This document shows positions 27,300 through 39,730 of a stretch of DNA of 64,000 bases, in pieces; the stretch's first letter is position 1, and each line of letters opens with the position of its first letter. Under the pieces are notes generated by a model. The model had not been told where the DNA came from. It made no database searches and worked only from the letters and a program-made list of their open reading frames with translations. The translations under genes were made by a program, and so were the position numbers. The stretch comes from Eledone cirrhosa (Eukaryota). The DNA lies in NCBI GenBank assembly GCA_964016885.1, contig OZ024745.1:33046001-33110000 (forward strand), in the 5' to 3' direction.

Positions 27300-27975
27300 A
27301 AGTGAGGGACGGAATGCTTAGTTAGATAATTGGAGGGTGAGAGAGAGAGTAAGAGACACTGAGAGGAGGAGTAGAGGTGATGACATAGAAGATGTAAATT
27401 ATATATAGAGAGAGTGCGTGTTAGAGGGAAGGGTGTAGATTAGATAGAGAGTGAGAAAATGAGGGAGAGTAGATATAGATATATTACAAAAGACGGTGAA
27501 AGGAGAGAATCTGAGGACTAATAGAGATTATGACACAGAGGATGTAGATTAGATAAAGAGGAAAGAGAGAGTGAATGGGAAAAGAGCTACGGGGAAAACA
27601 GAAAATACACACATTTCTGCAGACATAGAAAGAGATATGCTGAGAGAAAAAAAGAAATAGTAAAAGTTAGAGAGAGATCTGCGAGTAGAGAGGCATGAGG
27701 ACGAAAGAGAAGATAAAGAAACAGGAAAGTATACCTATAAAGAGAGAGAAAGTGAGAGGTAGATGGAGAGAGAGAGGTAGATAGAAAGATATATATACAA
27801 AGAGAAAAGGTGAATGGTAGATAGAAAGGTAATTATATATATATATATAAAGAGAAAAGGTGGGAGTTAGATAGAAAGATATACATATAAAAATAAAGTG
27901 TGAGAGGTAGATATAGGTAAGTAAAGACAAGTGTGAAGAAAGAAAGGATACAGAGAGAAGTAAATAAATGTCAGT
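27300..27975. repeat. Purine-rich (GA) low-complexity tract upstream of Rab39
   Basis: Direct reading. Confidence 0.8.
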
Positions 27976-28165
27976 GAGTTGAATTGTGAGATTAAATAAC
28001 TGGGAGGCAGTGAAACTGCAGTTCTACAGTTTTTAGTTATGTGTTTAGTGATAGCTTCACCTAACAGCTATATAGTATTTCTCTTTTATCATCAAGTATG
28101 TGTGTGTGCATATATATATATAAATTAAATCTTAACCATTTAACATCTCAGGGTATGTCATGTAT

Positions 28166-28223
28166 CATATTTTGTCTGATGAGGACGTACTGTTGTACCT
28201 CCGAAATATGTATAATAAAATGT
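28166..28223 (+). ncRNA. Minimal type I hammerhead ribozyme (Penelope-associated type)
   Basis: attttgt-CTGATGA-GGA c gtac tgtt gtac c TCC-GAAA-tatgta-TA^ataaaat: conserved core intact and stems I and II pair. Confidence 0.7.
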
Positions 28224-28266
28224 AATTGATCAAAAGAACATCTATTTTATTAATATTTGTATTTTA

Positions 28267-28300
<34 letters not shown>

Positions 28301-28521
28301 GCGCAGAGAGAGATTAAGAGTTTAACTTATCTGTATTACGAAACGGTTTCGTAGGCATAAACACGTATGACTCGTTCGGATGCATTCCGAAGAGGAGTTA
28401 GTTATACATGTTTACATCTACCAAACAGTTTGGTAATAGATATATGTCAAACTGTTAATATACATATACTCAACTTCTACATTAATTGCTCGTTTCTTTC
28501 GTTTGTACCTACCCTTGTGTG

Positions 28522-28564
<43 letters not shown>

Positions 28565-28656
28565 CCAAAGATTAATATGGTTCATTGATTACTCAATGAA
28601 TAGTTTTACAATAGATTAAAAGCACTCAACAATGAAATGTTCCTGGAGTTTTAATA

Positions 28657-28927
28657 TTATTCAAAATATTAACAAATGAAGATATTCACATAATCAAAAT
28701 ATATGCTTTATTATATATATTTCGAAGGTACTGTGTTGTTTTTTTTTCCACTACGTCAATACTGGAATTGAAATATCAAGACCGTAGAGGTATGTCATAT
28801 ATCAAATCATATATTTTATCTGACGAGGACGTACTGGAAAAAACAACAACACAGTACCTTCGAAATATATATAATAAAGCATATATTTTGATTATGTGAA
28901 TATCTTCATTTGTTAATATTTTGAATA

Positions 28928-28928
<1 letters not shown>
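28657..28928. repeat. ~100 bp inverted repeat (Penelope-type foldback)
   Basis: 28657-28757 is the reverse complement of 28828-28928 with about 2 mismatches. Confidence 0.9.
28813..28880 (+). ncRNA. Second minimal type I hammerhead ribozyme of the same family
   Basis: tttat-CTGACGA-GGA c gtactg...cagtac c TTC-GAAA-tatata-TA^ataaa, with a palindromic stem III. Confidence 0.7.
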
Positions 28929-28976
<48 letters not shown>

Positions 28977-29279
28977 CAATCCTTATCGAGTCTTCTTTGA
29001 ATTTTGGTCTTTGTATTTATTAGCACTATACACACAGACACACATAAAACGAATTCTGTTCTTACATCAGCCAGAATAATTACGTACAGTTTGTACCTAA
29101 CTTCGTTTAATCACGTTTATCTTCGTCTGTATTATATATTTCAACAGAAACACATTAAACATAATATTAATTATACAGTAATCATAATAACAATTCTTTC
29201 GTGTATTTTGTCGCCAGGAGCCCATTTATACATACATGTAGCAAAACCATCGGGACACGAACATACCTAGCTACAGAAA

Positions 29280-30260
29280 AACGAGGGGTGAAGCAGACGA
29301 TCACCGAACTTAAAGAAGCCCGTCGATGCCTAATTCAGCGAATTTGACATGAAAGGGGCTGTTGACCTCTTCCCCTCAAACGATTGAAGAAACATTCTCT
29401 TGCTCTTCCAGAGGACTACCTACACTGGCCCGACCAACCAGGTTTTTTACAGCCTGTTTTCACTTGAGACATCAGAAAGGCGATTGTATCCTTTCCTGTG
29501 GGTTCTGGTGAAGGGATTGATGGTCTATAACCTCAGCATCACAAGGATGGTATTGCCCTGCCTGTCGGTGATGCTGGCCTTGAGCTCTTGGAAAACCTAA
29601 CCCAGTTTGTCAACATGTTCTCATCCGAGAGTGTCCTTCCATATATATTTGACCGTTGTTCTCTGTGGTTAAGCTGTTTGGTTTCACAAAGCGCAATGGT
29701 GACCTCCATCCCATAGCAGTTGGGTGTACTATGTGATGTCTCACAACTAAAGTGTCTGACCTCGGTTTCAGACTGCCTGTCCACCAAATTTTCCCCTATT
29801 CAGCTAGGTTGTGAGGCTGCTGCTCACGGCACTAGAGCTTTCACCAACTTGCCTTCTGCAACCCAAAAAGTTATCCTCAAACATGATCTCAGGAACGCCT
29901 TCAATTCTATATCTGTTAGGTAAGGGAGAAGGCTCCACAGTTCTACCACTTTGTTTGGCAAGCTTATTGGAATCCTCCTACCTCTCCTTTGGTGACCATT
30001 TGGCAAAATTCTCGTCATCGTTAGCTCATCTAACCGAAGTGTCGAGTGAAGCCCGTGAGGGTGCTCGCTTATTTCAGTGCCTTAGCCTCGCCATCACACA
30101 CAGTAATGCTGTGAGCATGTTGGCTTGCCTCAAAAATTTCCAATGACCCTTGTGGTGTGTGACTGATTGACACACTTAGTGTTAAATTGATGTTTTTCTT
30201 TTCTTTTTCTCTTTGATTGTATATGTTTGTATATTTATAAAGTTCCTGGCAATAATTAAT
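29280..30260 (+). mobile_element. Degraded, internally deleted CRE-like non-LTR retrotransposon
   Basis: Fragments SFPVGSGEGIDGL, LTQFVNM, PIAVG, IQLG-CEAAAHGTRAF, KHDLRNAFNSI and C-terminal LFQCLSLAITHSNA. Confidence 0.7.
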
Positions 30261-30469
30261 TGATTATATGTATTTCTATCTCTATTATGTAGGCACTTAA
30301 AGATCAATACAGAATAAAAAAGATCAGAAATTAATTATGTAGGTTTATATATATATATATATATATACTGCTAATATATATATAGTGTTTATATATATAC
30401 TGCTAATATATATAGTGTTTATATATATACTGCTAATATATATAGTGTTTATATATATATATATATATA

Positions 30470-30646
30470 TACTGTTCAAACCAGCTGTAACCAGCCACTC
30501 ATACTGATGTTACGGTATTGTTCTCAAAATAAATAATATCAAAATCTCAAAGATTATGTGAGAATGTATTATGTGAGATAATTATGGAAGATAAAATGTT
30601 TACTGTGAAAATATAATAGTAAATACAGAGTATGCTAAAGGGTTAA
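30470..30646 (+). mobile_element. Short MITE derived from the piggyBac at 59375
   Basis: tgttcaaacc...attgttctcaaaataaa...atgctaaaggg-TTAA shared with 59375-60413. Confidence 0.65.
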
Positions 30647-31224
30647 ACAAGATCCGTCTTGATATTTTCAATATTTTCATTAAATGTCTACATTCTTTTA
30701 GCTCTAAGCAATTTAACAGAATACCTTTCTGAGATTATCAGATATGATATTTGACCCAATCTGTTTCAGATAGTTTAGGAGAAATTTGTTTGTATTAGTG
30801 ATTAGTGACCTTGTGAATTTATTCTTTCTCAATAACTTCAATTTATCCTAAAGGTTTGAATACATTTATGTAATAACAAGATTTAAAGTATATACATGAA
30901 GTGATTAAATATTTTTGTTTTGTTGCTTATGTACCACAAGATACATCAGCAGCATTTGACTCAACATACTTCAGATTGCAATACCAAACATGCTATTACC
31001 CAAGATTTAAAAAAAACATTATGAGTGTCAGCATAGGCTGACTATGAAGGAGTGATGCTAGAGCAGTGAAATCTAGCATGTATTAATTTCAACTCTTCTT
31101 ATTAATAACTGCACTATTTCTTTCCATAGACTATGTTGAAAATAAACCTTATTTGGTCATTCCATGAGCGTATCTTTTTCAGCTGACCTTCATATCTTAA
31201 AACTGAACATAGTGTTACAAACTG

Positions 31225-31395
31225 TATCTTTGAAAGTAGAGTAAAATGATTTGAAGAAACATTATTTCAATAATAGACATAGCATTATCTATTGTTACTT
31301 TGAAAATAATGTAAAGTGATTTTAAGAAACATTATCTCACAATTCTCTCTTTGAAAGTAGAGTGAAACAAATTAATGAAATATTGTCCCAATAAC
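31225..31395. repeat. ~60 bp degenerate tandem repeat, 3 copies
   Basis: ctttgaaa...tgatt..aagaaacattat recurs at ~31228, 31288 and 31349. Confidence 0.6.
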
Positions 31396-31404
31396 ACAGA
31401 GATA

Positions 31405-33735
31405 TGTTTTAACAGAAGCTAAGAGGTGCCTCATTCCCAGTTATCTAACAATATGTCCCTGTGCAGTATAACAGGGACATATTGTTGGTAGTCTAGGCTA
31501 GACGACCTTGGAAAGCAACCAGACTTGGCAAAGGAGATAATAATGAAATATTGTGTACAGTGCTCAGGTGCACTACAACTCATCAAAAAAGTGTATGTAT
31601 AGTACATAGGGTAATGTACAAATGTCAGGAAAATGAACAGTGCATGAGTCATGATATACACGTGTGCATGTGTATGGAAAGGGTACATCAGGTGTAGTTT
31701 TGGCGTATTTCGGGAAGCATGAGCGTTTTAAAGCAAAGGTTCGGAACTCCAGGGGGGCGTTTGGGAGCAAGGTCGCGTTAAGGGGGCGTTTGGAGCTGGG
31801 GGAGGGAGGTTAGGGGGCGCTGGAAGGCTCTTTATTTTGGTAAGTTTTATAAGCCATATTTGTATGTCTTTGAGACAACCAGTGTGAATGCATTTGAATG
31901 AGCTTGCAGACAGCATAACTATGGTCTGACCGCAGGTGTGCAGGCGTGTCTGGTAATTGAGATCCTAAAAATGGAAAAGCCCACAGTCAACTGGGTCAAA
32001 GACACTTTGAGCGCAGCCAGTTAGAATCTTGTCTTTCCTTCACCGATAACAATGTATTTCATGTCTGAAATTATTGACTCAACCGTAACGAGTTAACACT
32101 ATGTAGATCTATTTTATTCCCTATTGTATAAATAATATTACAAATAAAAAAAAAAGAAAAGAAAAAACAGAAGCGAGTAGCACACACATCTAGGACCACA
32201 TACAACACATAATCAGATAATACACATATCTTTGGAATATTGTTAATAAATTTTTTAGTAATCTACTGATATAAAAATCAGTAGTATATTAAAAAATGGA
32301 AAAATAGGGGGGGGGGGGGGTGTTTCGTGATTTTGAGGGACAAAAGGGGGCGTTTGGCCTAAATGGGTTGAGAACCTGTGTTTTAAAGGATGCAGTGTCT
32401 CGGCAGCTAACAACTGACGCAGGCAGTTTGTTCCATGCTTCAGCAACTCTGAGCGTGAAAAAATGTTTACGAAAGTCATGGGAGCTGTGCTGTTTTCTAA
32501 TTTTGTAGGCATGTCCACGTGTGTTAGACACATGGAGATCAAAAAGGTGCTCAGGGTTGTTGTTGGTGAGATGGTTAATAACTTTGTGGGTGTTTACCAA
32601 GTCCATTGCCAGACGCCGGAACTTCAATGAATCCATGCCCAGGGAAGCAAGGCGTTCAGAGTATGGTAGGTGTCTGATGGAGGGTATGCGCTTGGCTGCA
32701 CGTCTCTGAACAGTTTCCAGGCGGTCAATGTTCTGTGCAAGATAGGGATTCCAGACTGATGATGCGAATTCCAAGTGTGGTCGTACCATAGCTGTATACA
32801 GTTTTAAATAGATGGTTGGAGAGCGGCTAACAAAGGTCTTGCTGAGTGATGCCAAGACACCCTCGGCCTTCTTGACAATCTTAGAGACATTCTTTGTCCA
32901 ATGCAAATCGCTGCCGACAGTAATGCCCAGGTCACGTTCACAAGAGGACTTTTTGATATCAGTGTTGTGGAGGGAGTATGTGGACGCTGGATTTTTCCTC
33001 CCAAAATGCATGGTGGTACACTTGTCCACAGCCAGCTTCAGTTGCCAGTCTGTGATCCATTGCTGCATTGTGTCCAGGTCTGATTGTAAGAAAGAGTTGT
33101 AGATTTCAGGATCAGTCCTTTTGATTTCAAGGTACAGCTTGATGTCATCTGCATATTTCAGTACCGTGGCATTCTGTAAGTTGGCATCTATGTCATTAAT
33201 ATATGCCACAAACAAAAGGGGACCAAGAACAGATCCCTGTGGTACACCAGATGACATCTCATATGGTGAAGAATGGTGTCCTAGAACCGTGACTACCTCT
33301 TTTCGGCTGAGAATGAAGGATTTCAAACAGTCGAAAAGATCACACCCATTGCAGAGAGTTTTGCCATAAGTCTTTTGTGTGGCACAGAATTAAAAGCCTT
33401 AGCAAAGTCAAGGTAAACAACATCCACCCATGAGCCGCTGACAGTGATCCGGGTGATGTCTTCAAGGAACTCGATAAGCTGATCACAGCAGTTGGAGTTA
33501 GGGATAAATCCAAACTGCGAGGGCTGGATGAGGCTGTGAGAGCTCCAGAAGTTCCAAAGTGTTTCTCTGACACAGGATTACAGCTAGTAAGACTGACTGG
33601 ACGATAGTTGACAGGTGACATGCGGTTGCCCTTTTTGAACAGGGGAATAACACTGGCAGGTTTCCACTGCTCCGGAGTAGCACCATTGTTGAGACAGTAT
33701 TGAAAGAAGATCTGAGCATAAACCTTCATTTCCTG
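31405..33735 (-). mobile_element. CR1-clade LINE, 5'-truncated, interrupted by a hAT MITE
   Basis: NYRPVSLTS, SGVPQGSVLGPLLF, YADD, ERDLG, VRPHLEF, TRGH..KI, FFTLRVAEAWNKLP; the ORF resumes beyond the MITE as FKTLMLPEIRQNYT* (stop 31688-31690). Confidence 0.93.
31734..32380 (+). mobile_element. hAT (Buster/Charlie-like) MITE
   Basis: 8-bp TSD TTTTAAAG at 31726-31733 and 32381-32388; ends caaaggttc / gaacctgtg. Confidence 0.88.
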
Positions 33736-34679
33736 TGAGTGCCTATGTAGAGGTAAATCAGGTTGAAAAAAATTCATGACCCACCAACTCTATTCATCCC
33801 AAAGAGTCTATGAAGACACAATGAATGGTTAAAAAAGTGGTGGTTATGACTAAGGCCCCAACCCTCAACCATGCATATGGGATTTATTTATTCATAATGG
33901 TGTTGTTATAAAATGTAGAAACATTTGTCTTTACTGATTTATTTGAACTGCTACCTCACCAAAGGAGAAAAATATGACAGAAATGTTTATCTTTTAAATG
34001 TCACCATGAAATCACAAAGATTAAGAAACAATGATTAGCTCCTGACTGTGCAGTTGTTGTGTAGCTTCAATTAGCCTTGATCAAGCAGACATATAGCATG
34101 TAGGTACAAAGTTTAAATACTAGGTGGGAGCCACAGATTCGTATCTTCAGATATTCTGCATCTGAAGACTACAATCCATATGGAGTTCAATGTGGAAGCC
34201 TGGAAATGTAGTATTCTCTCCAGTCCAGTTTTTTTTCAGCCCACTATCGTGGATGGCATGGAAGATATGTGATAGAATGGTGTTGTTAGAATGTTCTAAA
34301 ACAATATATATGTATCTGAGTTAGTGTGTATATAATGACAATGATTGTGAGTGCTGCAGCAACCATGTTACTTACACGTTCAACTGATCTTTCATTTAGA
34401 TTTCATAGCATAAGTGGTCTGTGATCAATCTCTGATGAAGCAGCGTCTGCTAATTTTTGCTCTTTGTAATAGAGAGATTAGGAACCTAGGCAACTCTAGC
34501 CTAATCCATAAGAGATTTAACATATTGTTTGTAAACTAAGAAGCTGCTTGCCAGTTACTAGACCCGTTAGAAGCAACAGTCAAAATAAACCTTATCATCT
34601 TATAGAGGATTTAAAAAAATACAACTCTGAGGGTGGTTTTTGATTTATTGATAATTTTATATTTCTAAGCTATGTTATT

Positions 34680-34960
34680 AGCCGACGATTGGCAAAGTTA
34701 TTAGAATGTCGGATAGAATGCTTTGCAGTATTCCTTTTGGCTCTCTGAGTTTAAATCCCTTTGCCTTTCATCTATTCAAAGTCAATAAAAAAAGTACCAG
34801 TCAAAGTACTGATGTCGTTTCTTCCTCACTTTCTATCCTTCCCTGGAAGAAATCTGCTGTATTCAGACTTGAGCGTAGATGGGCACTGCAAGGTTTAAAA
34901 ATGCCTTAGAAACATTGTATGTCAATACAGTGCCCCTATGACTCTATCAGGAGTTACGGA
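34680..34960 (+). mobile_element. SINE family 2, long-tail variant
   Basis: gagtttaaatccctttgcctttcatc core plus the shared tail. Confidence 0.7.
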
Positions 34961-35014
34961 CCATACATGTATACAAGCTATGTTATTACTACTGGAAGGT
35001 CAAATAGTACAATA

Positions 35015-35200
35015 ATTGCTTTTACTTTGGGCACAAGGCCAGCAATTATCCCAGTGTATTACTGGTACTTTATTTTATCGACCCCCGTAAGGATGAAAGG
35101 CAAAGTTAACCTCGGCGGGATTTGAACTCAGATCATAAAGGGAAGTAACTCTATGCTTCAAGCATGGCGTCCGACCCTCTATCGATACTGCCAATCCACA
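35015..35200 (-). mobile_element. SINE family 2
   Basis: Reverse complement of 17575-17760. Confidence 0.85.
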
Positions 35201-37593
35201 GACAATAATAATGATAAAACATGTTTATCAGGATAGTATGTGATTGAAATTGTTAAAAATGATTGAAGTGAGGGTTGTAAATTAAACTGCTTGAAACGGC
35301 TCCTGGTTTTATGATACAAAACTGCTTCATAAAGTCCCATCCAACCCATACCAGCATAAAAAAGCTAATGTAGAAATGAGGATGATGAAACTATATTCAG
35401 TATGGGATTAATTTGCTTTACTAAAGCTTTATTGCTTTATCCATTATTTAAACTCCTATAGAGAGTAACTAGAAAAAAAATTTAACTGACAACTGACCAA
35501 GATTCCCAAGATATAATTATATTAGAAAGTCGTTATGTTACACTTCCACAACACTACAATGGACTGAAATGTTGCCAAGTTTAGCTCCTGTTCTGTTGGT
35601 AAAAATCCTTCATTAATCTATAAGATTTCATAATAATGAGAGATGATGAATAAATAAAGATAAGCTTGCCAAATTTATTTTATTCTACTCGTATCATAAA
35701 ATTGTTTTAAACTTATTTTCTCACTTGGTCTCTTTTGTGTGTACCTATGGATATTCATTGTGACAGAGAGAGAGTGGGGGAGAAAGTGTGTGTGTGTGTA
35801 GCAGTTACTGACCAGTGTATTCTGTATGCATTCATGTCTATTATGTGTACAGTGTCTCTTCTGCTATACCGTGTGTGTAAAACAGTTGATAAACAGTTTA
35901 CTGTGTGGAGATGTTACACCTGTGTATAACAATTGATGATTAGTGTGGCCCAGCCCAGCAAAAATCAGCACTGGTTTTATGAAATAAAACCAACTATTTC
36001 AAATAAAAAATCTTCTAGCATAGTTTCATATGAAAAGCATATGTTAAGTTACAATCTTAGTAAATACCTCAAAGTTTTTCCTTAATTAATTGAAATGGAT
36101 TGCATTTTATTAGAAATATGACCACAAAAGGTTAATCTTACTACTTTTTTACACAGAAAAGAGTCTTCCTAAAGAAATAAGGTTGATTGAACTTCTGAAG
36201 GTAAAATAGAAGGGATTCAAGATTTCCAGCATATTGCTACTCGAGAGAGAGTGGTTTGGGAGTAAATGTTTTAATGCAAGGTGAGACAATAGTGATGATA
36301 AGATGTGGGCTAGGAAACCTGTGATACATCATCATCATCATGTACACTTTCCCCATGCTGGCATGAGTTGGACAGGACAATTTGAGGCCATGTTTTACAG
36401 ACATGAACCCGTTTAGTCATTTTTTACAGCACACAGGGATATGAAGTACCTGTTCTAAACCAGATACATGACTTGTTAATTCAATACTGTCGTGGATGCA
36501 TGATGACTGAATGATTAAGAAATTGGTTTCTCTATCACGAGGCATCTTGAACAAAAGTCATTTTCCATAGCATCAGGTTGACCCAAGATTTGTGAATAAA
36601 ATTGGATAGATTGAAACTGAATAGAAGTCCATTAGATGGACTGGACATGTAATTCTATGGAACAGCCATATTACATATTGTGTCATGCTGGTTCTGTTTG
36701 AGAATTATATTACGAGTATGTATGTGTCTTTGGAATACTCAACTATTTATTGTATATACTTGAATATAAGCTGACTCTTCCTATTTTATGTCTGAGAAAT
36801 GGTAAAAAATCCAAACCCCGTTTATAAGCTGAGGCAGCTAATCAACACATGCTTAAATGCAGATGTCTTATTCTCAATCACTTTATAGAGTGACATCATC
36901 TGTGTTGTTGGAAGTGATACTAAGGTAATTTATGTTGCGAAGTAAACGTTTTCTCAAAAGTGGGGTGTTCAGGTAGAGTGTCTGACAGCAGCATCCTCAG
37001 TGATGGATGGACTCATAAGTTCTCACCTGACTCTGGGACAGTTTTTCAGCCACATTCTCATAACTGCTTCTGGCAGCAGGCTAAACCTAGTGAGGGATTG
37101 GACACTGTCAAACATTTCTAGGACCCATTGCAATGCAATGATAAATATAGTTAAACATCTAGAATGGCAACCCAATGACTGCATCCATTTCAGGGACTTG
37201 ATTGATTTGAAAAGTCTGAGATATGACGGAACCTTATAGCCCATCAGAGTTAATAGAATGAAAATTGGTTCAAAAGGAAATTTTGATCCAGATAATAACC
37301 AGTGTATTGTGTATGTAATAGAATAGAAAATTATATTGACAGATCAGTACAAATATATACAATAGGATTTGTTAACCAACATCAACAAAGAAATATATTA
37401 TTCACTGTCCAATGTTGCAATCTAATCTATAAATTTAACACCAGTTTTTCTCTTATAATAACAAATGAACACTTGTTATGTTTACATAGTGATTTGACCA
37501 GTTAATTACTTTGGCAATTCACAGTGGATCTGTACTTTGACTGATCTGCTGGGAAGTATAACAAATTAGTCTTTGATTTTTTATAGTTAACAA

Positions 37594-37793
37594 TACAAGG
37601 GTGGGCTGAAAAGTTCATAGGCTAACCAAGATACTCTCATGGAATGACCAAATGAGATTTGTTTTTCAATATAATCCCTGGGAAGAAAAAATGCAGTTAT
37701 TATTAAGAATTGAAATTAATGCATGCAAGATTTCACAGCTCTTAACATCACCTCTTCATAGTCAGCCTATGAACTTTTCAGCCCACCCTTGTA
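37594..37793. mobile_element. Tc1/mariner-type MITE
   Basis: Near-perfect ~30 bp TIRs with TA ends; same family as 8045. Confidence 0.9.
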
Positions 37794-37928
37794 AAACAAT
37801 ATTGCTTATCAACTAAATATTTTTCTTCTATTTCATAGTTTCACCTGTCAATGAGCAAACAGACAATCATTGCTGTTTTATTTTCCTATTATTTAAGGAA
37901 TCAACTAGAAGATGTGGGTCTCATTCTT

Positions 37929-38195
37929 CATCATCATCATCTTCGTTTAACGTCCATCTTCCACGCTAGCATGGGTTAGACGGGAGTTGTCCCACTTGAG
38001 TCAAGGTTGGTCGGGTGACCGTGTCTCGCTCATATAGGACTATCTGGCAGGCTTTCTACGGCTGGATGCCCTTCCTAACACCAACCACATTTACAGTGTG
38101 GAACTGGGAACTTTTACCGTGTTACCTACACGGCCACATTACAGCGTGGACTGTGTGTTTTTTTTGTCGTGACACCTACACAATCTCATTTATTT
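37929..38195 (-). mobile_element. RTE 3'-end fragment with CAT tail
   Basis: Matches 1-250 and 9718-9970. Confidence 0.85.
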
Positions 38196-38214
38196 GGAAT
38201 GGGTTGAATAAATA

Positions 38215-38800
38215 ATAATTATTTCTACTTTAGGCACAAGGCTAGCAATTTAAAATGGGAGAGGAAAGTCGATTAAATTGACCGCAGTGTGTTATTGATG
38301 CTTTATTTATCGACTCCGTAAGGATGAAAGGCAAAGCTAACCTCGGCGAGATTTGAACTCAGAACGTAAAGAATCATAATAATAATAATTATTATTTCTA
38401 CTTTTGGCACAAGGCCAGCAATTATCCCAGTGTATTACTCATACTTTATTTTATCGACCCCGTAAGGATCAAAGGCAAAGTTAACCTCGGCGGGATTTGA
38501 ACTCAGACCGTAAAGGGCCGTAACTCTATGCTGCAAAGCACGGTGTCCGACCCTCTACTAATACTGACTTTTGACACAAGGCCAGAAATTTGAAGGAAAG
38601 GGGGAAAGTCAATTAAAATGTACTTTATTTTATCGACTCTGTAAGGATAAAAGGTAAAGCTCACTGTGGCAGGATTTGAACTCAGAACATAAAGGACTGT
38701 AACTATAATATCAATAATGGTTTCTGATTTAGGCAGAAGGCCAACGAATTTGAGGGAGGGGAAAGTCGATTAAATTAACCTCATTGCTTTATTTTATCTG
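38215..38800 (-). mobile_element. Cluster of four head-to-tail SINE family 2 copies
   Basis: Tail motif (ggcacaaggc-like) at ~38233, 38407, 38573 and 38732; the first three also carry atttgaactcag. Confidence 0.85.
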
Positions 38801-38949
38801 GTAAGTAAATGAATTGAAGGGGTTATATAGCAATAGTTAGTAGAATAATACAATGTGAACGAGACACTAATAAACATTGAATTTATGTGGTGTATGGAAC
38901 ATATGTAGCTCTCTAACCCACCAGTGTTGACAGTTCACTTCTGATTGCA

Positions 38950-39190
38950 TGAAACGTCTGTGACAATTAATTGAGGGCGATATTTTGGCTGTGGTGCATG
39001 TGCTGGCCTCGAGCAACACCCTGGACTACCCAACCGACATCAGTCAGTCAATGACTTGAAGGAGACACTAAGCACTGTCCAGCTTGGAGTAGGAGTTATG
39101 TGTGGATGTGATGTGACTGCTCATGCAGCTAGACACTTCATAGAGCATACACCTCCTAGTGATGCTTTCAACAGCATTAGGCAGGATGTC
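38950..39190 (+). mobile_element. Highly deleted CRE-like RT fragment
   Basis: QLGVGVMCGCDVTAHAARHF and DAFNSIRQD parallel the 29280 element. Confidence 0.55.
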
Positions 39191-39724
39191 TTAGAAACAT
39201 CTCTTGCATGAACATCCAGCACACTCGTGGCCACTTATAGGTGTGAGCTGTTAACAACCATAACAAGGCAAGTTATGCAGCAAGAAATTATTCTTTGTTT
39301 TTCATGCTCACCCCACTCCATAGGGTATAGAATTTCTGACATCTCATGTACACTATAAAGTGCTTGATACTAGAAGGGCCCCCAGCCTTAGAAACCATGC
39401 CAAAAAGGGTTGAGAGAACCCTTCAGTCACTATGATAAAATGCATCCAGTACCCTCTGCAATGTAGTTGGTGATAGGAAGGATATCCAGTTATAGAAATT
39501 TGCTAAATGGTTGAGCAGACACTGCAGTTGTTGTACCCACCTCCTATGACCAGTCAGTGAGGTCTGGACAGAGTTGATAGCAGATCAAATTATTGTACAA
39601 GTTATTTTTTTTCCTTGGTTGGTTTAGTTATTGTATTTTAATAGTGAAGATGATCAAATACTCTAAGAATAAAATAGATAAAACAAAAGGAAGGCAAACA
39701 AAAAACATGATGAAATATGGTAGC

Positions 39725-39730
39725 TTTATT
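39725..39730 (-). promoter_or_regulatory. Candidate poly(A) signal for SRRM1 (3' UTR of about 1.47 kb)
   Basis: AATAAA on minus, followed by a U/GU-rich downstream element (tgttttttgtttgcc), with upstream TGTA motifs. Confidence 0.5.

Noticed and set aside
28330-28385. Minus-strand ccgaacgag...cgaaac hammerhead-like segment
   Set aside because: The core is too degenerate to call, though it may be another Penelope relic
37000-37244. Overlapping 79 aa and 73 aa ORFs in unique-looking sequence
   Set aside because: No recognisable motif or convincing splice context
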